From an uncultured Candidatus Saccharibacteria bacterium (GTDB taxonomy: Bacteria > Patescibacteriota > Doudnabacteria > UBA920), in the NCBI GenBank assembly GCA_964436545.1, contig CAYTCJ010000003.1, positions 70,041-134,040 of the forward strand: a stretch of DNA of 64,000 nt, written 5' to 3'. Both the position numbers and the translations under genes were made by a program. The notes beneath the pieces were generated by a model, which saw only the letters and a program-made list of their open reading frames with translations, had not been told where the DNA came from and made no database searches. Of the stretch, positions 28,101 to 34,443 are shown piece after piece (position 1 is the stretch's first letter; each line of letters starts with the position of its first letter).

Positions 28101-30704
28101 ACAGCCAGTGGCAGGGTGGGGATTGGCACTAACCACACCTCCCCACTGCAGGCTTTGTCGGTAGCTTCGTCTTCACTTTCGGCAATTCCGGCTTTAGGCT
28201 TATCTACTGCCAGTGGGCAATTTTCGGTGTTGGGTGATAGCGGAGCTTATGGTTTAAGGGTGGGTGTTCTATCATCCGGTGATGTTTTCCAACAAGTAGA
28301 TAGATTTGACGGCTCTGCAACTGCTTATAACTTACTCTTACAACCTAGAGGCGGTAAAGTGGGCATTGGCGTAACTTCCGCTTCCCAAACTTTGCACGTT
28401 GTAAGCACAGATGCGGTTGAGCCGACACTTGGCACTGCTCCTTCCTCTGGGGTGTCTATGCTGGGCAGTAATAATGCTTATGGTTTGTTTATTGCCAACA
28501 ATGGAACTTCCGGTGCCACGTGGCTACAAAGTATGAGAAACGACAGTGCAGTAGCTTATGCGTTAAACTTACAGCCCAGTGGCGGGAACGTGGGCATTGG
28601 CACATCTACTCCAGCCCAAAAACTGCATATTAGCGGTTCTGATTTATATACTAACGATTACGGTATTTTAACCATCTCCGATTCCAGCTCACCCAAAAAG
28701 CTAATTTCTATGGGAATGGACGGCACCAATAGTGTGGGACACATTCAAGTCGTTAATAGTGGTTCTGCATATTTGCCTTTGGCTTTAAATGGTAATGGCG
28801 GGAATGTGGGTATTGGCACATCTACGCCATTGGCAACTTTGGAAATTTCCGGCACTTCTCCTTTGAGACTAACCCGTCCCGGACTTAACTCATATAATTC
28901 CACCATATCCGGTTTAATGTCCGGCACTTCCAATGGTGATTTATTGTGGGAAACCAACCAAGCCGACGGTGGTTTTGCTTGGCGGGTAAACAGTGGCAAC
29001 ACTTTTGCTCTGGGCATTACCGAAGCGGGGAATGTGGGGGTGGGGACTTCTACACCAACTCAAAAATTGGTAGTCGTGGGAGGTAATATTCGTCTTTCAA
29101 ATAATCAAAGTTTAATGTTTGGTGACTCGGCTGAGGCTGATGTGCCGTTGATAAAAGTTGATACTAGCAATCAAGCATTGTTTACCAATGGAAATAATGC
29201 CGCCTTTATTTTCTCAACCGGTTTCAGTTCTAATGCCAATAATAACTATATTTTCCAAACCAATGGTGGCACTGAGCGAGTAAGATTTCAATATGATGGG
29301 AATGTGGGTATAGGCACAAGTAGCCCACTTCAAGGTTTGCATATTGGCTCTAACGCCAGTGGTAAGAACGTGCAAGTCGCTAATGGCTGGCTGTGTGTGG
29401 ACAATAACGACTCTTGCACCGGTGCTTCTACGGCCGGCACGGTTTACGCGGTAGGCGCATACACCACCGGTGCGGACGTGGCGGAAAATTATCCAACTAA
29501 CGAAAGTTTAGAAGCCGGAGATGTGGTAATGGCAGATGGTGGTTCTCCCATCTTTGTCAAAAAAGCAAATATGACCAATATGTCCAATACGACCTATAGG
29601 TCCAATGCTGTGCTCGGTGTAGTTTCTACTCAGCCCGGTATTTTATTGAATGGCTATAAAGCCCAAGAGTTTAATAGTGCTTCCACTGTGCCGGTGGCTT
29701 TAAATGGGCGAGTGCCGGTAAAAGTTACTAATGAAAACGGCAATATCAAGATTGGCGACTACTTAACTTTGTCTAAAACTTTCCCGGGCTATGCTATGAA
29801 AGCTGTGCATTCCGGCGAAGTAATTGGTCAAGCTTTGGAAAACTTTGAAAACGAAACTATTGGCACATCAGGTAAAATTTTAGTCTTTATGAGTTTAGGC
29901 TTTAGAAATATTAACAACACTTTTGTCTTAGGCGAAGACGATGGGCAATTGGCTAATGCGACCAGTACACCCCCTCTTTTCCAAAGAGGGGGCAGGGGGA
30001 GTTCATTCTTAATAGATCAACGTGGTTCAGGCAACATCTTACAGCTCCAACAAAACGGGGTAGATAGATTCTTGGTAGCCAATGACGGCACTTTGTCACT
30101 GCTCGCACAAACCGCCTCTACCACCAAAAATATTTTAGAAGTAAAAAATGCTTCCTCCACTGTGTTTGCCATTAACGCTCAAGGCGATGCCCAATTTATT
30201 GGCAAGATTATGGTGAGTAAAAATACGGCTGGTACCGCCGTGGTGAAAGAGGGGGATAATTTAGTGAGAGTGACTTTTGAAAACCCATACCCCAGCGTGC
30301 CCAAGGTAATTGTAAGTGTAAATGGTGTGCCGAATTTCTTTTACGGCGTGGTGGATAAGAGCGAAACCGGATTTACCATTCAGCTAAGCGAACAAACCCA
30401 AAAAGAATTCAGTTTTGATTGGGTGGCATTGGTTCAGCCGGAAAATACCCAGTATGAATCGGGCATAAGCTTTATAGTTTCTGCAAACCCTCCGCCGGCT
30501 GAAACACTGCCTCCGGCTTCCGAAACACCGCCCGCAGAAGAACCACCGGCAGAAACTCCTCCGCCGGCAGAAACTTCTAATCCGGACAATTTAACTAACC
30601 CGCCGGCTTCCGAAACACCACCAGCCGAAGAGACTCCACCGGCAGAAAACACTCCACCGGCAGAAACCGGCGGTGAGGTAGCCGGCACACAAACCGGCCA
30701 ATAA
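19185..30704 (+). CDS. Giant (3839 aa) protein. It has an N-terminal excisionase/MerR-like helix-turn-helix, a coiled coil, one transmembrane helix, a short collagen-like G-X-Y run, ~45 tail-fibre-like beta-helical repeats (GNVGIGTTTP...KL.V), a C-terminal fibre-tip/chaperone-like domain and a PPAET-repeat tail.
   Basis: ISLSEASEKTGYHQDYLGFLCRTGKLEGFKIGRNWVITQSALESFL is HTH_17-like. FLAPSLAMGVAVLAFVSTVAWNYL is the transmembrane helix. GEKGDTGAQGLQGSNGQT is collagen-like. GNVGIGT recurs across ~3000 aa. GTG start at 19185. Confidence 0.85.
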   Translation: MKDTKSKNQNNFISLSEASEKTGYHQDYLGFLCRTGKLEGFKIGRNWVITQSALESFLANNASGQIEAVQTVPVKVIAPSASVPVPEVRAVSQEVEKSKHDLSNLKRKVFEDLNYRIGNLNTQLNELDAKLANSQKAVALPNQVATVSTPVLPAEDFEPKIKPELKTKFASALAVASNLEPEEKTFAPLSVLSKDALLKLKESFRVKARNNFLAPSLAMGVAVLAFVSTVAWNYLQEDLYRNYQTPAVVYKNNFVPQSQPASSTPPVIIQNGNQIVIRDRFTTETVVKSLSADANLVNQLIDQRLNKYLAEGKFKGEKGDTGAQGLQGSNGQTVGAGGYVPYAYYAPVPANNFTGGTSLSSTQLSANSGVITTLSVGDLTTTGNASIGGTLNVSGNTGLSTANITTLNVAGTSNLATTTISQLNISGNATTTGNLTVLGTFNLSGSLSSASGTFSTLVVNGNATTTGNAVVSGNQLISGTLSVVGTSTLATTSLSVLSVSGAQSVIGTSTLATTTITNLSVSGNSTYTGNLTLATMTPGSVIFAGVGGVLNQNNSNFFWDDANKYFNLGTNTISSTLAIQGSGAVNPLTIASSTGTTLLTVLPTGNVGIGTTNPGNKLEVNAGDINIIGSGQAYRQGGSWLIGMLGTSAYVGGGLSGDLQLGANANGQITIKNGGNVGIGTTTPSSRLDVYGAQSAISATIYGGSTVDSARRSGTLALGDDTTAQGRLSYGYGSGVLYLDNTYNHANGDIYVRTQTSGTPVNALVVKGGGNVGIGTTTPGALLQVAGTSANPSNANGQLRISDNSNGIKRLLLGVNTSASTMYSFIQSVEAGNAWRDLVLQQEGGNVGIGTTTPGAKLQIYPNANSTIGLIVQADNNGASNIQQWQQANGTLVAAVGNNGSIGILDGSKILLDGLSGSSYLQESGGLNIVSGSGRDIVLSAGAGGERLRIKNDTGNVGIGTTSPSQALEINGNLRFTNAGSWIDFGNNKSIYNYNNNLNFINGGPSNSVVMTIANSSNVGIATTTPQARLSVQGTGTGGALSFATYNSNAQDILTVTDNANLQIGSTAGNIAGTLTVYNGSSGDFSIAGNTSTGNVTINNANSAGGDINIQTRGTSAIYVKNGGNVGIGTTSPLAKLDVYGNLNVATGSTPTLFVNTATGNVGVNTTNLTDNFTIKPTSAGKGLVIRESDDGNEAIRALGFTAGGLLSLQTGGVNSIYFDATSASGITYFNTGNVGIGTTTPLSKLAVVGTAGANPILDLASSTGTSVLRVAESGNVGIGTASPSAKLDVQGGSGLALIARGGDLGSGTTIFTVQNNSGTGMFSVRGDGGTGIYTGLGIGSTYAGTQPPTNGAIIQGNVGIGTSGPSAPLEVRGTANNGSVQTVQYLINPGTGNGTGAQLAIGYSTSSATQYGAIQGYYDSTLGGTKLGLVAGGTTFLTGDKNGNVGIGTTTPLSKLAVVGTAGANPILDLASSTGTSVLRVSEAGNVGIGTTTPNVGLLINKVGTLYGLSTALQIQTGAILAPNNNGLYTVNAAGTDVVPLIKSDTSNNTWINPGGAGVIRFGAGGSNEYMRLDTNGNLGIGTTTPLTKLVVAGATNSGITPTTGTSLTLDSISTDNYLTVISNSASNAGLIFGSHSSAFTGAVVYNNPNSQMAFKVGGNSTKMVIDSSGNVGIGTTTPTGIIDVVGGNNAYTYFRGASGQPAIRLQKLDSATEFLIRAQSNGTSLENSLGSEHLFITTAGNIGIGTSTPGRTLSVVGDIRATGILYDSSNSAGTSGQFLMTTATGYAWTATSTLFGGNQITGSGTNGYVARFTGANTLSTGVLIDNGTVAGVNATSSSYTFNLQGASGKAPLNIASSTGTSLLVVDQTGNVGIGNTSLFSKLNIIGDIGQYSSSTTSAGSPLGSSLYLGDINFYNSLYYNSAPGLSAVYDSAHNVAAALAFYTYTGNQNSRTEKMRITSAGNVGIGTTSPSAKLAIEGSDVRLNLSDTSGSAQSLIALQSSGATKWFTGKNASNDFIIYDNVASRNALRIAQSGNLFLQEGVGNVGIGTTTPNWKLQVSSSATYNNDAGGAFAITDSTTPTKKIFLGYDASNDVGFINTVQTGVANKNLAINASGGNVGIGTTSMAVKLVVEGNTNLLGTNNDGGVATSALNVNGAFMTIGDYSGAQTFSNGIGIKFNDTGINHMSMKYTPSAGRLDFGPSDTNSYLTINSGQERFSINMTSGNVGIGTTTPQYKLSIDTAGNDYGVVMGQSGSATGKILGLGYFLTGDYGVIQAVHQGTAYKNLAINPNGGNVGIGTASPNDKLEVAGGTTGRVLITDGGGANRKALILEQPGYSGNSYARIEAYDYGASSVKSLAINALGGNVGIGTTTPVSQLEIYQSANVSPQLRIGNNYFNRGIDFGYDTNSAFIQGKADILSAPISYHLALNPNGGNVGIGTTTPSAKLSIAGSTNGIHLGQWSGSSAYNALYLNSSPSVNTTYTLLANDTGSVFLNANGSGSIYLREDNNNLMTIDNNGNVSNVGNLLVGKDASTQDAYIDVGNARSGNGYSYVDIIGDATYTDFGLRLIRGNGGANAYSQLVHRGTGTLSLYTMEASPIEFYTNSSASARMHIASGGNVGIGTTAPGRKLEVNGGTDTTGRIRISGGGGSELISGNLEFYHQTSDHNYNLAMVNNNTLTLFKGTFGATTTPIMTWDGTAGNVGIGTTTPLSKLAVVGTAGANPILDIASSSSTSILRVSHTGNVGIGTTSPAGTLAIKDSLSSSGYSLVINDYYKFRGDGRFNFGNNATQGVLSWDAGIAIVGAQVANDLSLHAGDVEKVRITTAGNVGIGLSSPTARLEVRNSGTGDSAIYVTNTVGGAQATLGAWSSNDGAMRLWKADGTESVRLLANGASHLTGGNLGIGTVSPSFALDVNSNVIGVGTKSANAGYGGQIRYRDDTGTARWMIGLSGSAGATALYNSYNLTNDQVYITTTASGRVGIGTNHTSPLQALSVASSSLSAIPALGLSTASGQFSVLGDSGAYGLRVGVLSSGDVFQQVDRFDGSATAYNLLLQPRGGKVGIGVTSASQTLHVVSTDAVEPTLGTAPSSGVSMLGSNNAYGLFIANNGTSGATWLQSMRNDSAVAYALNLQPSGGNVGIGTSTPAQKLHISGSDLYTNDYGILTISDSSSPKKLISMGMDGTNSVGHIQVVNSGSAYLPLALNGNGGNVGIGTSTPLATLEISGTSPLRLTRPGLNSYNSTISGLMSGTSNGDLLWETNQADGGFAWRVNSGNTFALGITEAGNVGVGTSTPTQKLVVVGGNIRLSNNQSLMFGDSAEADVPLIKVDTSNQALFTNGNNAAFIFSTGFSSNANNNYIFQTNGGTERVRFQYDGNVGIGTSSPLQGLHIGSNASGKNVQVANGWLCVDNNDSCTGASTAGTVYAVGAYTTGADVAENYPTNESLEAGDVVMADGGSPIFVKKANMTNMSNTTYRSNAVLGVVSTQPGILLNGYKAQEFNSASTVPVALNGRVPVKVTNENGNIKIGDYLTLSKTFPGYAMKAVHSGEVIGQALENFENETIGTSGKILVFMSLGFRNINNTFVLGEDDGQLANATSTPPLFQRGGRGSSFLIDQRGSGNILQLQQNGVDRFLVANDGTLSLLAQTASTTKNILEVKNASSTVFAINAQGDAQFIGKIMVSKNTAGTAVVKEGDNLVRVTFENPYPSVPKVIVSVNGVPNFFYGVVDKSETGFTIQLSEQTQKEFSFDWVALVQPENTQYESGISFIVSANPPPAETLPPASETPPAEEPPAETPPPAETSNPDNLTNPPASETPPAEETPPAENTPPAETGGEVAGTQTGQ

Positions 30705-30970
30705 GACAAATAGGACGAATAGGACAAATAGGACGAATGGGACAAATAAGACAAATGGGATGAATAAGATGAATGGGACAAGCTGGCGAATAGAAAATAA
30801 GCAAAAAGACAATAAGACAAATAAGACAAATAGGTCGAATGGGACAAATAAGACAAATGGGATGAATGGGACAAGCTGTCAAATAGAAAAAAAGCAATAA
30901 GACATATGGGACAAATAAGACAATATGACCTATACGTCATATTTGTCCTATAAGTCCTATACGACCTATA
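30701..30970. repeat. Array B: ~28 tandem 9-bp units in reverse-complement orientation relative to array A (GACAAATAG/GACGAATGG), flipping orientation at its 3' end
   Basis: It begins at the stop codon of the giant gene: taaGACAAATAGGACGAATAGGACAAATAG.... The last ~40 bp read catatttgtcctataagtcctatacgacctata. The 30434..30940 ORFs are artefacts. Confidence 0.85.
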
Positions 30971-30995
30971 ACATATAAAATTAAAACAAAATTTT

Positions 30996-31637
30996 ATGAC
31001 AGACTTAATAGCACAGCACGGCGGTTATCAAAATTTAAAATCATTTCAAGGAGCGGAAATTATTTTTGATTTGACTTTTGAATTTGTTCAACGCTTTGTT
31101 AAATCATTGAAGTGGAAAGAGCAAATGGAAGGCGCTGCGCGCGGTGGCAAGCAAAATATTGCCGAGGGTTCTAAGACTTCAGGCACATCCAAACAAAGCG
31201 AGTTAAGATTGGTTGATGTTGCCAGAGCTTCTTTAGAAGAATTATTAAATGATTATAAAGATTTTTTGCGCGTCAACAATTTGCTAATTTGGGACAAAAA
31301 CGACAAGCGGATTTTGGCAATTCGAAAACTCGCCTACGCACCCAATAGGTCCTGTAAGTCTTATATGACCTATATGTCAAATAGCGAATCATTCGCCAAT
31401 TGTTTGATTTGCTTAATTCATCAAACCAATTATCTGTTGGACCAACAGTTGCGTGTTTTAGAAAAAGATTTGGCTCTGAAAGGGGACTTTAAGGACCGTC
31501 AAAGGGCAATTAAAAAATCCGCAATGTTGAATGACGGGCCCAGTTTTGAGGAGTTTATTAAATCTTTTGGTTTAAAACGTCTGGAGAATGGACAAGTGGT
31601 AAAAATAAATGATGAAGACAAAATAGGACCAATATGA
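30996..31637 (+). CDS. four-helix-bundle protein family (the kind often encoded in 23S rRNA intervening sequences), with a C-terminal extension
   Basis: YQNLKSFQGAEIIFDLTFEFV...NIAEGSKTSGTSKQSELRLVDVARASLEELLNDYKDFL matches the NIAEGS...ARGSLxEL pattern of the family. 9-bp array units lie inside the CDS at 31343-31383. Confidence 0.65.
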   Translation: MTDLIAQHGGYQNLKSFQGAEIIFDLTFEFVQRFVKSLKWKEQMEGAARGGKQNIAEGSKTSGTSKQSELRLVDVARASLEELLNDYKDFLRVNNLLIWDKNDKRILAIRKLAYAPNRSCKSYMTYMSNSESFANCLICLIHQTNYLLDQQLRVLEKDLALKGDFKDRQRAIKKSAMLNDGPSFEEFIKSFGLKRLENGQVVKINDEDKIGPI

Positions 31638-31762
31638 TCCATAGGACGAATATGTGTCCGATAAGTCCTATACGACAATAAGACAATATGACCTATACGT
31701 CATATTTGACCTATTGGTCCTATAAGACATATACGACCTATAAGACCTATTCGTCCTATGGC
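31622..31762. repeat. Array C: ~15 tandem 9-bp units of the same family in mixed orientation
   Basis: The reading is ataggacga atatgtgtccgata agtcctata cgacaataa gacaatatg acctatacg tcatatttg acctattgg tcctataag .... It spans the stop of 30996..31637 and abuts the stop of the 31765..32250 gene. Confidence 0.8.
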
Positions 31763-31764
31763 TG

Positions 31765-32250
31765 TTAAAACAGTTTTTCCAAGTCTTCCGTCAGGTTAAT
31801 CTCTTGAGTTTTAATTAGGCGGATAAAAAATTTCTTTCCCAGTTCTAAAAATTCTTTTTCAATCTCTTTGTCCAATTCATAGGGAGAGGCCCAAATAGAG
31901 TTCTGCCACTTTTTAAAACCTAACTGCTTTAGTTTGGCTCTTAAAATGTTTCTTACAGCCTTGTGTTTTTCCGGCACATCAAAAATGACCAGTTTCCACA
32001 TGCCATCTTTTTTCGGCACTTTAATTTTTAACAAGGTTAAGCCTTCAGATGTAATTTTCCCCAAGAGTTTATCTTGCTCGTTTTTTTTCTCCACCAAGCC
32101 CGCGCTAATCATGCGGAATAAGGCATTATAAAATTCTTTATAGCTTAGGGTGGGGGCTAAGATTCTATGGAGCGTGGTAAAAGCCACCCAATCGTTTTTT
32201 TGGAGAAAATGTAAAGTGTTAATGGTGAGTTGGTTAAAGGGACGGGACAT
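31765..32250 (-). CDS. winged-helix + PaaX-C/Cas2-like domain protein (mini PaaX-like regulator or nuclease-fold protein)
   Basis: The C-terminal motif is MWKLVIFDVPEKHKAVRNILRAKLKQLGFKKWQNSIWASPYEL, of the form W.LV.FD[IV]PE...R..LR..L...GF...Q.S[IV]W.SP. The N-terminal ~80 aa are winged-HTH-like. Confidence 0.55.
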   Translation of the reverse strand: MSRPFNQLTINTLHFLQKNDWVAFTTLHRILAPTLSYKEFYNALFRMISAGLVEKKNEQDKLLGKITSEGLTLLKIKVPKKDGMWKLVIFDVPEKHKAVRNILRAKLKQLGFKKWQNSIWASPYELDKEIEKEFLELGKKFFIRLIKTQEINLTEDLEKLF

Positions 32251-32389
32251 TGATTAAAATTTTTAATTTCTAATTTTTAATTCCTAATAAAAATATAGTA
32301 ACCTGTTTATTCATCTAAAAGTATACTAATTTTGGGGATAAATCACAAATATTTTTGTGCTATAATATAAATTAGAAATCCAACAAGAT

Positions 32390-32971
32390 ATGAAATTCAA
32401 TGCTAAAAAATTACTCGTGATTTTTTGTCTAAACCTTGCTTTTAGCAATTTAATGTTTTTTAATATTTCTGAAGCACAACTTGATTACGAAAAAACCCAT
32501 ACCCCCAGCTTAGACCGGATTGCGGTTCTGTCTATGCCTGCCTATGCACAAGGTATTGCCATTAGCAGTAAACCAAATACGACTAATTTTTCTACCGAAG
32601 CTTGCAGTCCTGCCATTTCTCAATCTGGCACTTTGGTTCAGGTTCAAAATACTTTTAATTTAAACCAGTCAGCGGAATGTTTTCGGCTTACCGGAGTTGT
32701 AAAAGCCACAACCTTGACCAAGTTGGCAGTTGAACCTTTAAAGTTAGGCCGGATGAGTGTGGTGGTTATGCCCGACGTTCAACTGGTTAAAGAACATTAC
32801 CAGTTTCCTGTCTCAACCGAGCCAACCGCTGTGCCTCTAATACCCATAATGGTTTTTGTGAGTGTTATATTTTCGGCGGGCAAAAACTTTTTAATTAAAA
32901 ATAAAACCCGCCTTACCTTAAGTTTAAAAAAATCTTTAAGTCTGCACCAGCTTCAGGTGATGCGATGCTAA
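32390..32971 (+). CDS. hypothetical secreted protein
   Basis: Signal peptide MKFNAKKLLVIFCLNLAFSNLMFFNISEA. No recognisable motif. Confidence 0.45.
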   Translation: MKFNAKKLLVIFCLNLAFSNLMFFNISEAQLDYEKTHTPSLDRIAVLSMPAYAQGIAISSKPNTTNFSTEACSPAISQSGTLVQVQNTFNLNQSAECFRLTGVVKATTLTKLAVEPLKLGRMSVVVMPDVQLVKEHYQFPVSTEPTAVPLIPIMVFVSVIFSAGKNFLIKNKTRLTLSLKKSLSLHQLQVMRC

Positions 32972-33079
32972 AAATCAGCTTAGCCTCTTTGCGGTTTTAA
33001 TAATTTAAACACTAAAAATAAATACATTCTGTCTTGTTAAAAGGTTAACATTGATACAATGTGAGAATAAAAAATATAT

Positions 33080-33646
33080 ATGCCAGAAGAAATTAGAATC
33101 AGCCGACCGGCTTCACCGGTCATGCCTACTCAAACAGCTCAACCTATGCCAGTAGCCGGTCCCGGCAACAATAAAACCCCTTGGATAATTTTAGGCGTAG
33201 TGGTTGCCGGAATTGTGATTTTAGGAGTGGTGTTCAGAGATAAATTATTTGGTAATGGGGGAATGAAAAAAGCCGAAGTCACTATGGCCAAGGCGTCCGG
33301 GTATCAGGCCATGTTTTTAACCAACGGCCAAGTGTATTTTGGTAAATTGACCGATGCCAATGCCAACTTCCCAACCATGACCGATGTGTTTTATTTGCAA
33401 GTAGTCCAACCCCCACTTCAGGGTCAACAAGAACAAGCTCAAGCTCAACAAGGGCAACAAGGCCAACAGCCTCAAATTTCTTTAGTGAAATTGGGTAACG
33501 AGCTTCATGGACCAATGGATGAAATGAAGGTTAACCGTGAACATATCTTGTTCTATGAAAATTTAAAAGAAGATGGTCAAGTGGTGCAAGCCATTAAAAA
33601 CTATAAAGCCAACCCACAAGGGGAAAAGCCCACAGAAAATAAGTAA
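33080..33646 (+). CDS. hypothetical membrane protein with a Gln-rich segment
   Basis: Transmembrane helix WIILGVVVAGIVILGVVF, followed by a QGQQEQAQAQQGQQGQQPQ low-complexity segment. Confidence 0.45.
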   Translation: MPEEIRISRPASPVMPTQTAQPMPVAGPGNNKTPWIILGVVVAGIVILGVVFRDKLFGNGGMKKAEVTMAKASGYQAMFLTNGQVYFGKLTDANANFPTMTDVFYLQVVQPPLQGQQEQAQAQQGQQGQQPQISLVKLGNELHGPMDEMKVNREHILFYENLKEDGQVVQAIKNYKANPQGEKPTENK

Positions 33647-33683
33647 GCTAAGGACATACGCAAACGCGTAAGCTCTATAAAAA

Positions 33684-33720
33684 AACCGTCCCGCCCTTTT
33701 AAACAAAGGGCGGGACGGTT
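33684..33720. terminator. bidirectional rho-independent terminator (strong for the minus-strand rplT)
   Basis: A perfect 12-bp stem ACCGTCCCGCCC / GGGCGGGACGGT with an A7 run on the plus side, which is a T7 run on the minus strand. Confidence 0.7.
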
Positions 33721-33731
33721 TAGTTAGGAAG

Positions 33732-34076
33732 CTATTTTATACTTTTGACTAATTGATCAAACATTTCCGGATGTTGTATGGCGAGTTCGGAAAGCATTTT
33801 GCGGTTAATTTGGATATTTTGCTTTTTCATTACACTGGCAAATTTGCTCCAAGTGGTGCCATTTTCTCTTAAGGCGGCGTTGGTTCTAACGAGCCAGAGA
33901 TTTCTAAAATCTCGTTTTTTGTTCCGACGATCTCGGTAGGCATAGGAATCGGCCTTTAAAAGAGCTTGTCTGGCATAGACAAAATTGGTAGAGCGACGGT
34001 TAGTAAAACCTTTGGCTCTTTTAAGTAAACTTTTTCGGCGTTTGTGGGCAGTGGTGCCACGTTTGATTCTGGTCAT
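33732..34076 (-). CDS. rplT: 50S ribosomal protein L20
   Basis: MTRIKRGTTAHKRRKSLLKRAKGF...YAYRDRRNKKRDFRNLWLVRTNAALR is a canonical L20 sequence. Confidence 0.95.
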   Translation of the reverse strand: MTRIKRGTTAHKRRKSLLKRAKGFTNRRSTNFVYARQALLKADSYAYRDRRNKKRDFRNLWLVRTNAALRENGTTWSKFASVMKKQNIQINRKMLSELAIQHPEMFDQLVKSIK

Positions 34077-34150
34077 ATGAGTTTAGTAGTAAGTAGTAGG
34101 TTGTAAAGTTGTAAGTTACTACAACTTACTCACTTACAACTTACAACTAT

Positions 34151-34345
34151 TTATTTATAAGGGATTAAGCTGTGTAATTTTTGATGAACTCTGCCAAGCA
34201 AAATGTCGCGACGCTTATTTTTGGTAGTTTTGCCGGTTTCTCTGGAATTAAAGTGATTCTGGCCGGTTTTTCGGGTCATTAGTTTACCCGAGCCGGTTTT
34301 TTTAATTCGTTTGCTGGTTCCTTTGTGAGTTTTGACTTTAGGCAT
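34151..34345 (-). CDS. rpmI: 50S ribosomal protein L35
   Basis: MPKVKTHKGTSKRIKKTGSGK... is 64 aa and canonical for L35. Confidence 0.93.
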   Translation of the reverse strand: MPKVKTHKGTSKRIKKTGSGKLMTRKTGQNHFNSRETGKTTKNKRRDILLGRVHQKLHSLIPYK

Positions 34346-34359
34346 AAATTAGTAGTGAG

Positions 34360-34430
34360 CAAAAATGACATAAGTGACAAAAGTGAACAAAAATCAGTGT
34401 AATTTCATTTTCGTCGTTTTTGTCATTTTT
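34360..34430. repeat. Intergenic repeat copy 1 (AAAAATGACA.AAGT ... CATTTTCGTCGTTTTTGTCATT) between infC and rpmI
   Basis: It shares a 22-bp identical block, and the AAAAATGACA head, with 42903-42970. Confidence 0.6.
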
Positions 34431-34443
34431 TAATTTTTTTAAT

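Noticed and set aside
17817-31762. The 9-mer arrays as CRISPR arrays
   Set aside because: The units are contiguous 9-bp repeats with no spacers, no 25-40-bp repeat unit and no cas genes. The Cas2-like motif protein nearby has a PaaX-like winged-helix fusion and no cas1.
19185-31765. Diversity-generating retroelement targeting the fibre-like giant protein
   Set aside because: No reverse-transcriptase ORF and no template/variable repeat pair were found in the window. The nearby repeats are 9-mers, not a ~100-bp TR/VR.
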